Positions 27,952-36,873 of a DNA stretch of 64,000 nt are shown here, one piece after another. The stretch lies in NCBI GenBank assembly GCA_038874135.1, contig JAVZCZ010000001.1, forward strand, positions 544,001 through 608,000, written 5' to 3'. The stretch comes from Candidatus Woesearchaeota archaeon. GTDB taxonomy: Archaea; Nanobdellota; Nanobdellia; Woesearchaeales; 0-14-0-80-44-23. Under the pieces are notes generated by a model that searched no databases, was not told where the DNA came from, and was given only the letters and a program-made list of their open reading frames with translations. Position 1 is the first letter of the stretch. Each line of letters opens with the position of its first letter. Both the position numbers and the translations under genes were made by a program.

Positions 27952-28815
27952 ATGGTTCTTGAATACATACTAGGTCCTAAAGGGGCTGAGAGGAGACCCT
28001 GGCTCATGATTCCTATAGGACTGATCTATACATTTCTAGCTTACTTCATTGCAAATGCGATATTCCCTGAGCACGCCGGCTTAGTTATGGTATTCCTGAT
28101 AACAATAGCTTCTGTTCCAGTAATATATGATGCTATAAAGATTGAGGAACGACAAGATTTAGAAGAAGAAAGCGAAGTAAACGCGCTAATACATCATTGG
28201 AGAGCTCTGCTCTTCTTCATATGCCTTTTCATCGGCTTCCTCTTAGGTTTCAGTATTCTGTATTCTGTTCTTCCGCTGGAAAGCGCTAAAAAGGCTTTTT
28301 CAATCCAAATAGAAGTGATAAATGCCATAAATACTCCTGTGTCTGGAAAGGCTGTAACTGACACTTCAAGCTCTCTTGCATATCTAATAACAATATTTGT
28401 AAATAATTTTAAGGTTGTACTTTTCTGTCTCCTCTTCTCTTTCGTTTACGGAATGGGCGCTATATTCATACTTGCCTGGAATGCCTCAACCATGGGGGTT
28501 GCGATTGGAAGCTTCATCAGGATAACGCAGGAGTATCTCAGAATGAAGGGCATGCCTGGACCTGTTGTTTATGCTGGCGCGAGCGTAATTGGCCTGCTCA
28601 GGTATTCCATTCACGGCATTCTTGAGATGCTTGCATACTTCATAGGCGGGCTTGCTGGCGGGATAATCTCAGTGGCGATAGTTAAACATGATTTCAGCAC
28701 TAAGGGTTTTGAAAGGATAATTTTGGATGCCTCAGATCTGCTAATAATTGCTGTTTTGGTTCTAGTGGTTGCTGCTCTCTTGGAAGTGTATGTTACTCCT
28801 CTACTTTTCTCCTAA
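27952..28815 (+). CDS. SpoIIM/DUF95 family membrane protein
   Basis: IFVNNFKV, LAWNAS, HGILEM, AALLEVYVTP. Confidence 0.85.
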   Translation: MVLEYILGPKGAERRPWLMIPIGLIYTFLAYFIANAIFPEHAGLVMVFLITIASVPVIYDAIKIEERQDLEEESEVNALIHHWRALLFFICLFIGFLLGFSILYSVLPLESAKKAFSIQIEVINAINTPVSGKAVTDTSSSLAYLITIFVNNFKVVLFCLLFSFVYGMGAIFILAWNASTMGVAIGSFIRITQEYLRMKGMPGPVVYAGASVIGLLRYSIHGILEMLAYFIGGLAGGIISVAIVKHDFSTKGFERIILDASDLLIIAVLVLVVAALLEVYVTPLLFS

Positions 28816-28849
28816 ACCTTTTTAAACTTGGTGAGAAATATAGGTGTTT

Positions 28850-29416
28850 ATGAGCAGAAAAAATATTTCAGAACAGACTGAGAAGCAAGGCAGGAAAATA
28901 AAGGTTGTTTATGCTAAAGAACAGATAATTAGTGAAAATTCTGATTATGCTAGAGAGCTCTGCAATTCGGGAAGCTACGGAGTACTTCTTGAGGATGGCA
29001 GGGTGCAATTCTCTGCGTTTGAGACGCTGTACCTTATGGAAAAAGGGAAGGTTGAGCTTATAGATTTTAGGGGTAGAACGCTTTCTAAAGAGGAGCTCAT
29101 AAAGAAAGCTAGCAGGAGTGATAAAGAGTTCCTGGCAAGATATGCCATCTTTAAGGATTTAAGAACTAGGGGTTATGTGGTTAAGACAGCTTTAAAGTTC
29201 GGAGCTGACTTCAGAGTCTATGACAGGGGTGTTAAGCCTGGAGAGGACCATGCTAAATGGATAGTGTACGCTGTGCACGAATCTGGAGGACTCACCTGGC
29301 ACGACTTCGCAGCTAAGAATAGAGTTGCTCACTCAACCAAGAAAAAGCTTCTCATCGGAATATTAGATGACGAGGGCGACATAACATATTACGAGATAAG
29401 ATGGATAAGGCCTTAG
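28850..29416 (+). CDS. endA: tRNA-intron lyase (splicing endonuclease, single catalytic unit)
   Basis: DLRTRGYVVKTALKFGADFRVY, H in GEDHA, RVAHSTKKK. Confidence 0.93.
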   Translation: MSRKNISEQTEKQGRKIKVVYAKEQIISENSDYARELCNSGSYGVLLEDGRVQFSAFETLYLMEKGKVELIDFRGRTLSKEELIKKASRSDKEFLARYAIFKDLRTRGYVVKTALKFGADFRVYDRGVKPGEDHAKWIVYAVHESGGLTWHDFAAKNRVAHSTKKKLLIGILDDEGDITYYEIRWIRP

Positions 29417-29826
29417 CCTAACATCTTATTGAGAAAATATTCAGCCGCTTCCAAAACCTCTACTGAGTTCTTATATGTCATTATTCTTCTTGCGTGCGAA
29501 AAGTCAAGCCATAAGAACTGTTCATGCTCCTCTGAAATCTTAACATCCTTAGAATGCGCTTCTGCCAGAAAAAAGACCACTTCCTTTTGCGAAGCCTGAT
29601 TGTTTTTAATATATTTATAAGAGATCATTTTTCTAAATCCGTTTAGGAGCGTAACTCTTAGCCCCGTCTCTTCAAGGATTTCTCTCAATGCAGTCTGCTC
29701 TTCCGACTCTCCAGCTTCAACATGCCCTTTTGGAAAGTCGAAGTGGCCCTTCCTATGTTTAAGAATTAGATAAAGCCTACTGTTTCCCTCTCTATAAAAA
29801 ACAACTGCCCCGCAGGATTTTTCCAT
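29413..29826 (-). CDS. NUDIX hydrolase (Ap4A hydrolase-like)
   Basis: EKSCGAVV, FPKGHVEAGESEEQTALREILEETG, SEEH. Confidence 0.9.
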   Translation of the reverse strand: MEKSCGAVVFYREGNSRLYLILKHRKGHFDFPKGHVEAGESEEQTALREILEETGLRVTLLNGFRKMISYKYIKNNQASQKEVVFFLAEAHSKDVKISEEHEQFLWLDFSHARRIMTYKNSVEVLEAAEYFLNKMLG

Positions 29827-29910
29827 AGAGCATTTGTTATAAGGACACACCTTTAATAATCTTATCTAAATGTGAAGTTTTTTATACTAAAAAAGCTTAA
29901 TTTGGCAGAT

Positions 29911-30753
29911 ATGAGAGAACCAATATTTGCAGGATTGTTCTATGAGGGAAGCCCTGCTGCACTTAGAAAGCAGATTAGGAGCTGTTTCTTAGGAAAGCTC
30001 GGGCCAGGAGTACTGCCTGCTAAGAGTGGAAGGAATAGCATTCTTGGTGCAGTTGTTCCTCACGCGGGCTATTCCTATTCAGGAATGTGCGCTGCCTGGG
30101 CTTATAAAGAGATTTCAGAAACTCACGGGTTGGAAACTGTGATAATTCTTGGAACTTCCCATTCTGGAATGGGTAGTGGACTGCTTCTCGATGACTGGAA
30201 AACTCCTCTCGGAATTGTAAAAACGGATGTTGAACTCGCAAAAGAGATAATAAGGGGTGGAGAGATTAGAGAGAATTTTCTAGCGCATCAAAGAGAACAC
30301 TCAATAGAAGTTCAGCTTCCCTTCTTAAAGTTTATCAGTCCAAAAGTTAAGATAGTGGGAATAGTTGCTGACAGGGACCTAGACTATAAAAAAGCTGGAG
30401 CAACTATTATGGATGCAATTAAGAATCTTAAAAGAAAAGCAGTGGTGCTTGCCAGCTCGGACTTCACGCACTATGGTCCTGAGTATGGTTATGTTCCATT
30501 CTTTGAAAATGTCAAAGAGAGAATGCGCGAGTTGGACATGAAAGCGGTAGAACTGATAATTAAGGGTGATGATGCGGGGCTTCTAGGATATGTTGTTAGG
30601 ACTGGCGCAACAATCTGCGGTGTCCTGCCAATAGTTACAATGCTGAAAACGATACAATTTAAAAAAGCAGAACTATTAAACTATTACACCTCAGGAGACC
30701 TCACTGGCTCTTATAGGAATGCCGTAGGCTACGCCAGCATAATTTTTAGGTGA
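29911..30753 (+). CDS. MEMO1 family protein (AmmeMemoRadiSam protein B)
   Basis: REPIFAGLFY, PHAGYSYSG, EHSIEVQLPF, SSDFTHYG, TICG, VGYA. Confidence 0.92.
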   Translation: MREPIFAGLFYEGSPAALRKQIRSCFLGKLGPGVLPAKSGRNSILGAVVPHAGYSYSGMCAAWAYKEISETHGLETVIILGTSHSGMGSGLLLDDWKTPLGIVKTDVELAKEIIRGGEIRENFLAHQREHSIEVQLPFLKFISPKVKIVGIVADRDLDYKKAGATIMDAIKNLKRKAVVLASSDFTHYGPEYGYVPFFENVKERMRELDMKAVELIIKGDDAGLLGYVVRTGATICGVLPIVTMLKTIQFKKAELLNYYTSGDLTGSYRNAVGYASIIFR

Positions 30754-30757
30754 TACA

Positions 30758-30868
30758 ATGGAGAGAACAACTGTTGAGACGATTGTAATTATAATCTTGC
30801 TGCTCCTTTTCATGTTTTTTGCCGCGAAGGCAATACTCAGCAGGGTTGGGCTGGTGTTGGGAAAATGA
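30758..30868 (+). CDS. Small pilin-like membrane peptide (36 aa; not in ORF track)
   Basis: MERTTVETIVIIILLLLFMFFAAKAILSRVGLVLGK; AGGTGA SD; ATGA overlap with next gene. Confidence 0.65.
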   Translation: MERTTVETIVIIILLLLFMFFAAKAILSRVGLVLGK

Positions 30869-31677
30869 GGGGAATCGCTCGGGATGAGATTGTGCTCATA
30901 ATTCTTGCACTCACCGCAGCAGCTGTTATAGCGTACATATTTATACAAAACAACTGGCTCTCAGAATCTGCTGAGAGAGAATTGTGCAGGGTTAGCGTAC
31001 TCTCGAGGTGGGCTAGCACAAAAATTGCTGCAGACAGCCTTTTTGACTTACAGTGTAAGAGCCATCTTAAGAGGATAAGCTATTCCGACATTGAAGAGAT
31101 AAAGGGCGAATCTGCACAAAAGGACGCTATAAAACAGATTATAGCTGACGAGATGTACGACTGCTGGTACAAATTCAACAGGGGCCAGCTAAAGCTGGAT
31201 AATGTGTTTAAAGTGATAACTGACCCAAACACTATGTTAGGAACGAGGGAAGTGTGCATGGTATGTTCGCAGATAGAATTTGACGATGAGATAAAAAACA
31301 AATTCCCGACAATAGACAAATTTACTGAATGGATGATGAACAACAAGGTGCCGGGGCAGGACTTTACATATTTCCAGTATTTCTCAAACGACCAGCAAGT
31401 TGATAGGAATGCAATAAAGGCAATTCCACCCGAGTATGACTCGATAAAGACAGATGAGACCTACCAAGTAATATTTAAGGTGTATGAGAGGTCTAAGGTT
31501 AATTATGCACTTGATATTCTAAGAGGGATTACACCGTCTGGAGTGCTTATGAACTTATATACACAGTCATACATTCAATCCTCTACAAAGGGGATCAGCA
31601 ACCCTGGAGGCGTAGTTCCAACTCTTTTAGTTATTCCCTTGAGCGGGGTGCCTGAAAGCTGCAAGAGGTTTTATTAA
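30865..31677 (+). CDS. Class III signal peptide (pilin-like) protein, Cys-rich
   Basis: MRG|IARDEIVLIIL; IADEMYDCW...CMVCS shared with next gene. Confidence 0.75.
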   Translation: MRGIARDEIVLIILALTAAAVIAYIFIQNNWLSESAERELCRVSVLSRWASTKIAADSLFDLQCKSHLKRISYSDIEEIKGESAQKDAIKQIIADEMYDCWYKFNRGQLKLDNVFKVITDPNTMLGTREVCMVCSQIEFDDEIKNKFPTIDKFTEWMMNNKVPGQDFTYFQYFSNDQQVDRNAIKAIPPEYDSIKTDETYQVIFKVYERSKVNYALDILRGITPSGVLMNLYTQSYIQSSTKGISNPGGVVPTLLVIPLSGVPESCKRFY

Positions 31678-31678
31678 G

Positions 31679-32524
31679 ATGAAAAGGCGCGGACTTGAGA
31701 AAAGAATTGTTGTTTATTCAGTTATAGGCGCTGCATTTCTCCTAATAATGATGCTAATCTATAGAGAAATATATTTAGCTAATGATGAAAATGCTGAAAA
31801 GGAGATATGCAAGGAAAGTGTTCTTTTATACTCAAAAACTGCAGTTGTTTCGGGAAAGCCGCTTTCTGACTCTTTGAGATGCCCCACGAAGTATTTAAAG
31901 TTAGACCCGAAAGATGCTGAGGTTAAAAACAAAATTGCAAACGAACTTTACGACTGCTGGGACAACTTTTATCGGGGGCAGCTGGAACTTTTTGACCCTC
32001 AAAATGGAAGGTTCTGCGTTGTGTGCTCGGTAATAAGCTTCTCCGAAAAAAACAAGAAGATTGATGGCTTTTCTTCATACCTAGCATCTACAAAGATTTA
32101 TGGAAAAAATGAGACATACCTGGAATTTCTTTCAAACGGGGTGGGCAGCAATTATGACTTGCAGGCAAAATATCTAGATTACAACTTTCAGATTGACACT
32201 TCAAACACTTACGCTGTAATTCTTCTTTACGATAAGATTTCAAGAATGAGTTATATGAAAAAAGCAGAAATTGGAGGAATAAGCGGCCTTGCAGCTGGCG
32301 GAGTGGTTGCCGGAGTGATAATCTCTCTAACTGGTGTTGGACTTGTTGCTGGAATTATTATCACTGCAACATCGCTCGTTGCTGGCGCTGCAAGTGGTGC
32401 AATAATTGGCACTCAGGCCGGTGCTTCTAAATCGGAGTGGACGGCTGCAGTCGCCCTCTTAGATGAGAAAGAACTGCAGAGCATAAACTGCGACTATCTT
32501 GTTAAGGCAAACAGCTTGAGGTGA
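31679..32524 (+). CDS. Class III signal peptide (pilin-like) protein with Gly-rich hydrophobic insert
   Basis: MKRRG|LE...; IANELYDCW...CVVCS; GxxxG-rich segment near C-terminus. Confidence 0.75.
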   Translation: MKRRGLEKRIVVYSVIGAAFLLIMMLIYREIYLANDENAEKEICKESVLLYSKTAVVSGKPLSDSLRCPTKYLKLDPKDAEVKNKIANELYDCWDNFYRGQLELFDPQNGRFCVVCSVISFSEKNKKIDGFSSYLASTKIYGKNETYLEFLSNGVGSNYDLQAKYLDYNFQIDTSNTYAVILLYDKISRMSYMKKAEIGGISGLAAGGVVAGVIISLTGVGLVAGIIITATSLVAGAASGAIIGTQAGASKSEWTAAVALLDEKELQSINCDYLVKANSLR

Positions 32525-32530
32525 TCTTTA

Positions 32531-32683
32531 ATGAAGAAGAAGGGCCTTATAGAATCGGAAGTCGGGCTTTGGATTCTCGCTGCAGTTGTATTGCTGATCC
32601 TTATAATAATAATAGGAATGTCCAGAGAAAAAATAGTTGAATGGATATCAAAAATAAAAACCGGATTGAGGTTTGGAGTATGA
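32531..32683 (+). CDS. Small pilin-like protein (50 aa; not in ORF track)
   Basis: MKKKG|LIESEVGLWILAAVVLLILIIIIG...; ATGA overlap with next gene. Confidence 0.75.
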   Translation: MKKKGLIESEVGLWILAAVVLLILIIIIGMSREKIVEWISKIKTGLRFGV

Positions 32684-32823
32684 AGCGCAGATCTGAAATA
32701 GCCTGGGACACCATAATAAAGTTCATAATAATTGCCGCTGCAGTGTTTGTAGCTATAATAATTGCAAGAGCCCTATTATATGGCGGTTTAAAGAATGTGC
32801 TGAACTTCACAGTTGGCGATTGA
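32680..32823 (+). CDS. Small pilin-like protein (47 aa)
   Basis: MKRRS|EIAWDTIIKFIIIAAAVFV... Confidence 0.75.
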   Translation: MKRRSEIAWDTIIKFIIIAAAVFVAIIIARALLYGGLKNVLNFTVGD

Positions 32824-32825
32824 AC

Positions 32826-33647
32826 ATGGTAAGGAGAAGGGGAATTGCCATTGAAATGATAATATATGGCATAATAGCAGTTACTGTGCTTCTGGTTGTT
32901 ATTGCTGTTGCTCCAAAGTTTTCAGCTCTTTTCAAAAAGATTGCTGGCTCAGAGATTGACAAGTACAAACCTAAAAAGCTGGATGTGCCCAACTCAGTAG
33001 AAACATGCCTTTACACTGATGGCATAGCAAACTTGGAAAGTGTCGGTGGAGAAAGTTTTGAGATAAGGCTGACAGCATTAAAGAAAGGGGAACAAAAGTT
33101 CAAGATTGAAGTTAACAGGCCAGGTCAAAGCGGCAGTATAATCTGTAAGCAGGGCGACTGGATTATGGTACCTAAGGAGTATTCCTGCTGTGAGGATAAG
33201 AGCACGAACCTGTGCATACAGCTTTTGGAAGTAAAGATGACGAATGATGGGGAATGCGTTCGGGCGCAGCTCTTTGGCAAGGGCGAATGGCTTCCGGCTT
33301 CTTATCCCTTGTGCATGCCTAATAGCCAAAAGTGTGCTGATTCTAACTCTCTCACTTTCTGGTGGGAAAACAATCAGAAGATTGAAATTAGCCTTGAAAA
33401 ACTGCACACCTGGTTTGGAAATATTTTTGTAAAGTGTGCTGAGTTTGAAATCTTAGCTGATGGCAAGACAATATGCAACAAGGGATCTGGACTTGTTGGT
33501 TTAGATGCGGGAGAGGAGGTTGTTTGTGATGTTGGCTCTCCAAGTTTTAAAGTACATTTAGACAAATGTGACACTGGAAACAATATGGTTCAAATTTCAG
33601 TTTATAAAGTTGATAGTAGTAGGGGTGGTGGAGGGAGTTCCAGGTGA
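32826..33647 (+). CDS. Class III signal peptide (pilin-like) protein, Cys-rich beta domains
   Basis: MVRRRG|IAIEMIIYGII; C-terminal SRGGGGSSR. Confidence 0.75.
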   Translation: MVRRRGIAIEMIIYGIIAVTVLLVVIAVAPKFSALFKKIAGSEIDKYKPKKLDVPNSVETCLYTDGIANLESVGGESFEIRLTALKKGEQKFKIEVNRPGQSGSIICKQGDWIMVPKEYSCCEDKSTNLCIQLLEVKMTNDGECVRAQLFGKGEWLPASYPLCMPNSQKCADSNSLTFWWENNQKIEISLEKLHTWFGNIFVKCAEFEILADGKTICNKGSGLVGLDAGEEVVCDVGSPSFKVHLDKCDTGNNMVQISVYKVDSSRGGGGSSR

Positions 33648-33658
33648 GGAGCGTTAAT

Positions 33659-34255
33659 ATGAAAAATTCAAAGGGTGCAATAACTATTGAGACGCTGCTC
33701 TGGGTTGTTCTGGCAGCGGCAGTTCTGGTTTTTGTGATAATTCCAGTTATGAGTAAGCTGCTCAACATGATTGGAAAAAAATCTCCCCTTAGTGTTTCAA
33801 ACTATTTTGGCTTAGCTAAGCAGACGCTCTCTGAGCTGAAGGAGAATCAGAAAACTCAGGCAGTAATCTATTTGAGAAAGGGTTACACCCTTGTTGGCTT
33901 TGATTACGGGAATTATCCTACATATTTCCACTGCGGCTGGACTAGAAATGGCGCTGTAGTTAAGCCTAAGCTGTGCGGAACAGATGCCTGCATATGCATC
34001 TGCGATAAGAATGGAAAATGCGATTTTCCGTATGAGTGCATAAAATTCAAAGATGTAAAAAACATATACTTTTCTCCCTCAAAGGGCTTTGAATACAACG
34101 GCGGTAAGGAGAAGCAGAACAACCTCTTTTACTTATACATACAGACTAGCTGCATACTGCATGCTCAGGGCTTTGAAAAGGCAATAGATTTTGAATTTGA
34201 AAAGAAAAAAGATGGCGGAGAAGTAAATCTTTATGTGAGAGATGTGACCAAATGA
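33659..34255 (+). CDS. Class III signal peptide (pilin-like) protein
   Basis: MKNSKG|AITIETLLWVVL; CGTDACICIC motif. Confidence 0.75.
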   Translation: MKNSKGAITIETLLWVVLAAAVLVFVIIPVMSKLLNMIGKKSPLSVSNYFGLAKQTLSELKENQKTQAVIYLRKGYTLVGFDYGNYPTYFHCGWTRNGAVVKPKLCGTDACICICDKNGKCDFPYECIKFKDVKNIYFSPSKGFEYNGGKEKQNNLFYLYIQTSCILHAQGFEKAIDFEFEKKKDGGEVNLYVRDVTK

Positions 34256-34686
34256 TTACGAAGAGTAAACTTTTCTTTGGAAGGAAGGGTGACGGGCAGA
34301 CGAGCACTATGCTAACCCTGTTTTATCTTATGATGTTTGCAACCCTTCTGCTTTTAGGAATTAAATATGTGTATTCTGCTGCTAGCGGCAGGGAGCTTGA
34401 AAGGACATATACTGCCAGGGATGTCGCGTTAGTGATGTCTACACTTCAAGCGGCACCTTCCGAGCTTGTATATTATAAGTATCCTGCAAACCTCTCCAAA
34501 AACGGTCTAACCGTGCTGATACATAAAGACAATGTGACTGTCCTTGAAGAATCTGGCTTGCAATCTGTTTTCTTCTTTCCAAACACTTTAGGCATTAGTG
34601 TTGAAGAGATGGAATTTAAAGAGGAAATCAAGTTGAAAAAGAATGAAAACAAGATCTTAGAGGATGAAAATGGGAAGAAGAGGTGA
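34252..34686 (+). CDS. Class III signal peptide (pilin-like) protein
   Basis: GRKG|DGQ followed by hydrophobic helix; ARDVALVMSTL. Confidence 0.72.
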   Translation: MITKSKLFFGRKGDGQTSTMLTLFYLMMFATLLLLGIKYVYSAASGRELERTYTARDVALVMSTLQAAPSELVYYKYPANLSKNGLTVLIHKDNVTVLEESGLQSVFFFPNTLGISVEEMEFKEEIKLKKNENKILEDENGKKR

Positions 34687-35179
34687 AAGTTTAACTTTTG
34701 ATTTCATAATAATGATACCTGTAGTTATGTTTATTACTCTTGTTTTTTTAACATATGTTTTCGCAACAAGTGCATTTGTTAAAAGCAGAACTCAATCCTC
34801 ATTGGCAGAAGCAGTGATCTACGCTAACAAGTTCATATTTCAGAAAGAATGCTTGGCATATTATTCCCCCGCCATAAACAGGGCTTATCCCGGAATAGTT
34901 GATATCACAAAGTTCAATCAGGATAGGATTGAGAAGTGCATGAACTTTCCAAGAGAAGAGATGGCTGCAGCCATATTGAACCTAACTTATAATGGTGTGG
35001 AACATATCGTCTACTACAATGAGGATAGAGCGCGTATCTGGAACTCCCTCTCAAGGTATGGGGGCGGCGGCTCATATCTGAGGTATGAGCTTAGAAGTCC
35101 TGTGCTGGTTTATGAAGGGTCTGGTGAAAAGTTTTTAAACGGTGAACTGACAACAATAATGCTGGTGCCTTTAAGATGA
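34664..35179 (+). CDS. Class III signal peptide (pilin-like) protein
   Basis: MGRRG|ESLTFDFIIMIP; CLAY, PGIVD. Confidence 0.72.
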   Translation: MKMGRRGESLTFDFIIMIPVVMFITLVFLTYVFATSAFVKSRTQSSLAEAVIYANKFIFQKECLAYYSPAINRAYPGIVDITKFNQDRIEKCMNFPREEMAAAILNLTYNGVEHIVYYNEDRARIWNSLSRYGGGGSYLRYELRSPVLVYEGSGEKFLNGELTTIMLVPLR

Positions 35180-35721
35180 TTAAAAAGAGCTGCAGAAGGG
35201 GAGCTGGTCCTTCAGACACAATAACTCTTGTTTTCTCCCTTATTTTGTATGTTGTGATGGTATTAGTGTTTTCTCTTCTACTTTTTGGAAAGGGCTGCGA
35301 AAATGAGGAAGAACTTAAGTCAACCTCTACCTGGATTGCAATAGAAAACTTTTTGAGGGGATATCTGCGGTCAAATGTTATCGTAGATGGAAGGGAGATA
35401 AGCGTTGCTGAATTGATAAGTTATTACTACCACTCCCCAAAAGATTACAAACAAATACTGGAAAAAATAAGTAGGGAAAAAATGAATGAAAGTTCAGTAT
35501 CGTGTCTCGTAATTAAGATAACCTTCTCTGATGATCCTGACGAGCAAAAGACTTTTAGAAGTTGGAAAATGGATCGTGCAGAATGCACAACTGAAGAGAC
35601 AACAGTAGATCCGAGTACCGGTCTTCTAATGCCCTCTTTTGCAGGCAGAAGGCAGCCCATTCCAATAATGAATTCAAGTGCAGTTGCTCTTGTTGAAGTG
35701 GGGGTGCTGAGAAGTGGCTAA
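35176..35721 (+). CDS. Class III signal peptide (pilin-like) protein
   Basis: CRRG|AGPSDTITLVFSLIL. Confidence 0.72.
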   Translation: MIKKSCRRGAGPSDTITLVFSLILYVVMVLVFSLLLFGKGCENEEELKSTSTWIAIENFLRGYLRSNVIVDGREISVAELISYYYHSPKDYKQILEKISREKMNESSVSCLVIKITFSDDPDEQKTFRSWKMDRAECTTEETTVDPSTGLLMPSFAGRRQPIPIMNSSAVALVEVGVLRSG

Positions 35722-35875
35722 ATGTGAAATCTGCGGAAAGAGGGTTGAGGAAACATTTTTGGGAAAAGTTGCTGGAACTTATGTGAAAGATAACAAAGGT
35801 GTTATTCGCCTTATCTGTTTTGAGTGCCAGAAGAAGTTTAGAACTAAGGATAAGATTCTAAAAAATTTGAAGTAA
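35714..35875 (+). CDS. Small Zn-finger protein (53 aa; not in ORF track)
   Basis: GTG start after GGGGTG SD: MAKCEICGKRVEETFLGKVAGTYVKDNKGVIRLICFECQKKF... Confidence 0.75.
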   Translation: MAKCEICGKRVEETFLGKVAGTYVKDNKGVIRLICFECQKKFRTKDKILKNLK

Positions 35876-35919
35876 ATGGATAAATTAAAAAACTAAGTTT
35901 AACTCCTTAAAAAACTGAT

Positions 35920-35992
35920 GCCCCAGTAGCATAGTAGCTAATGCGTCGCTCTCGTAAAGCGAAGATCGGGGGTGCAACTCCCTCCTGGGGCT
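35920..35992 (+). tRNA. tRNA-Thr(CGT)
   Basis: GCCCCAG/CTGGGGC-T, TCGCT-CT-CGT-AA-AGCGA; atypical D-loop AG and T-loop TGCAACT. Confidence 0.9.
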
Positions 35993-36082
35993 TAAATATA
36001 TTCTTTTAAATAATAATTAAAAAAACATCTTTGTAAAATATACTTTTGACAATTATTTTTTTAGCCATTAAAAAGCCAAAAT

Positions 36083-36183
36083 TTCCAAATGAAATGAAGG
36101 GGTGTCCTAATATAAAAAAGCAGACTCTTAGATATCGTCAATAAAAATTATACATTCCACGCGCCAAATGAAATGATGGGGGT
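36083..36183 (+). promoter_or_regulatory. Pair of ORB-like (Orc1/Cdc6) boxes in direct orientation
   Basis: TTCCAAATGAAATGAAGGGGT (36083-36103) and GCCAAATGAAATGATGGGGGT (36163-36183). Confidence 0.7.
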
Positions 36184-36234
36184 AACAGCTCTCAAAAGGT
36201 TATTTTTCAAACAAAATATTAATGAATAAAAGAG

Positions 36235-36264
36235 TTTATAAACACTTTATAAATACTTTATAAA
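36235..36264 (+). promoter_or_regulatory. Three phased TTTATAAA boxes (11-bp period) upstream of tbp
   Basis: TTTATAAA at 36235, 36246 and 36257. Confidence 0.7.
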
Positions 36265-36295
36265 TAAAGCAAAAATTTCAAAGGAGGTAACTCAA

Positions 36296-36844
36296 ATGGA
36301 AAAACGAGAGATTGAAGTTGTAAACATTGTGGTGAGCAGCTCACTTAAACACGAAATTCCACTAGAAAAGATGGCTGCAACACTCAGCAATACAGAATAT
36401 AACCCTGAGCAGTTCCCAGGTCTAGTAATAAGGATAAAAGAGCCGAAAACATCTGCACTAATCTTTAGCTCGGGAAACATAGTATGCACTGGCGCAAAAT
36501 CCATGGATAAAGTGGACGCTGCAATTGGAAAGATAATAAAGAGCTTAGAAAAAATAGGAATAAAAATAACAATAACACCTGAAGTTACAATCCAAAACAT
36601 AGTTGCTTCTGGAAACATCGGCATGAATCTGAACCTTAACGACTTAGCGATGAAGCTAAAGAATACGGAATACGAGCCTGAACAATTCCCAGGACTGGTA
36701 TATAAACTGCCTGAAGCAAAAGCCACATTCCTACTATTCAGCAATGGAAAGATTGTATGCACTGGAACCAAGTCCGAAGAAGAAGTTCATAAGGCACTGG
36801 ACAAGCTCGTGGAAAATTTAAAAGCAGTAACAAAAAAGAAATAG
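36296..36844 (+). CDS. tbp: TATA-box binding protein
   Basis: Two repeats NIV...Y[NE]PEQFPGLV...F[S]xGxIVCTG. Confidence 0.98.
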   Translation: MEKREIEVVNIVVSSSLKHEIPLEKMAATLSNTEYNPEQFPGLVIRIKEPKTSALIFSSGNIVCTGAKSMDKVDAAIGKIIKSLEKIGIKITITPEVTIQNIVASGNIGMNLNLNDLAMKLKNTEYEPEQFPGLVYKLPEAKATFLLFSNGKIVCTGTKSEEEVHKALDKLVENLKAVTKKK

Positions 36845-36873
36845 AATGCCTGAATTAGCCAGGGGCTGAAATT

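Noticed and set aside
30758-35992. Integrated element ending at tRNA-Thr
   Set aside because: No integrase or transposase and no duplicated tRNA 3' end seen; the array is coupled to a housekeeping MEMO1 gene.
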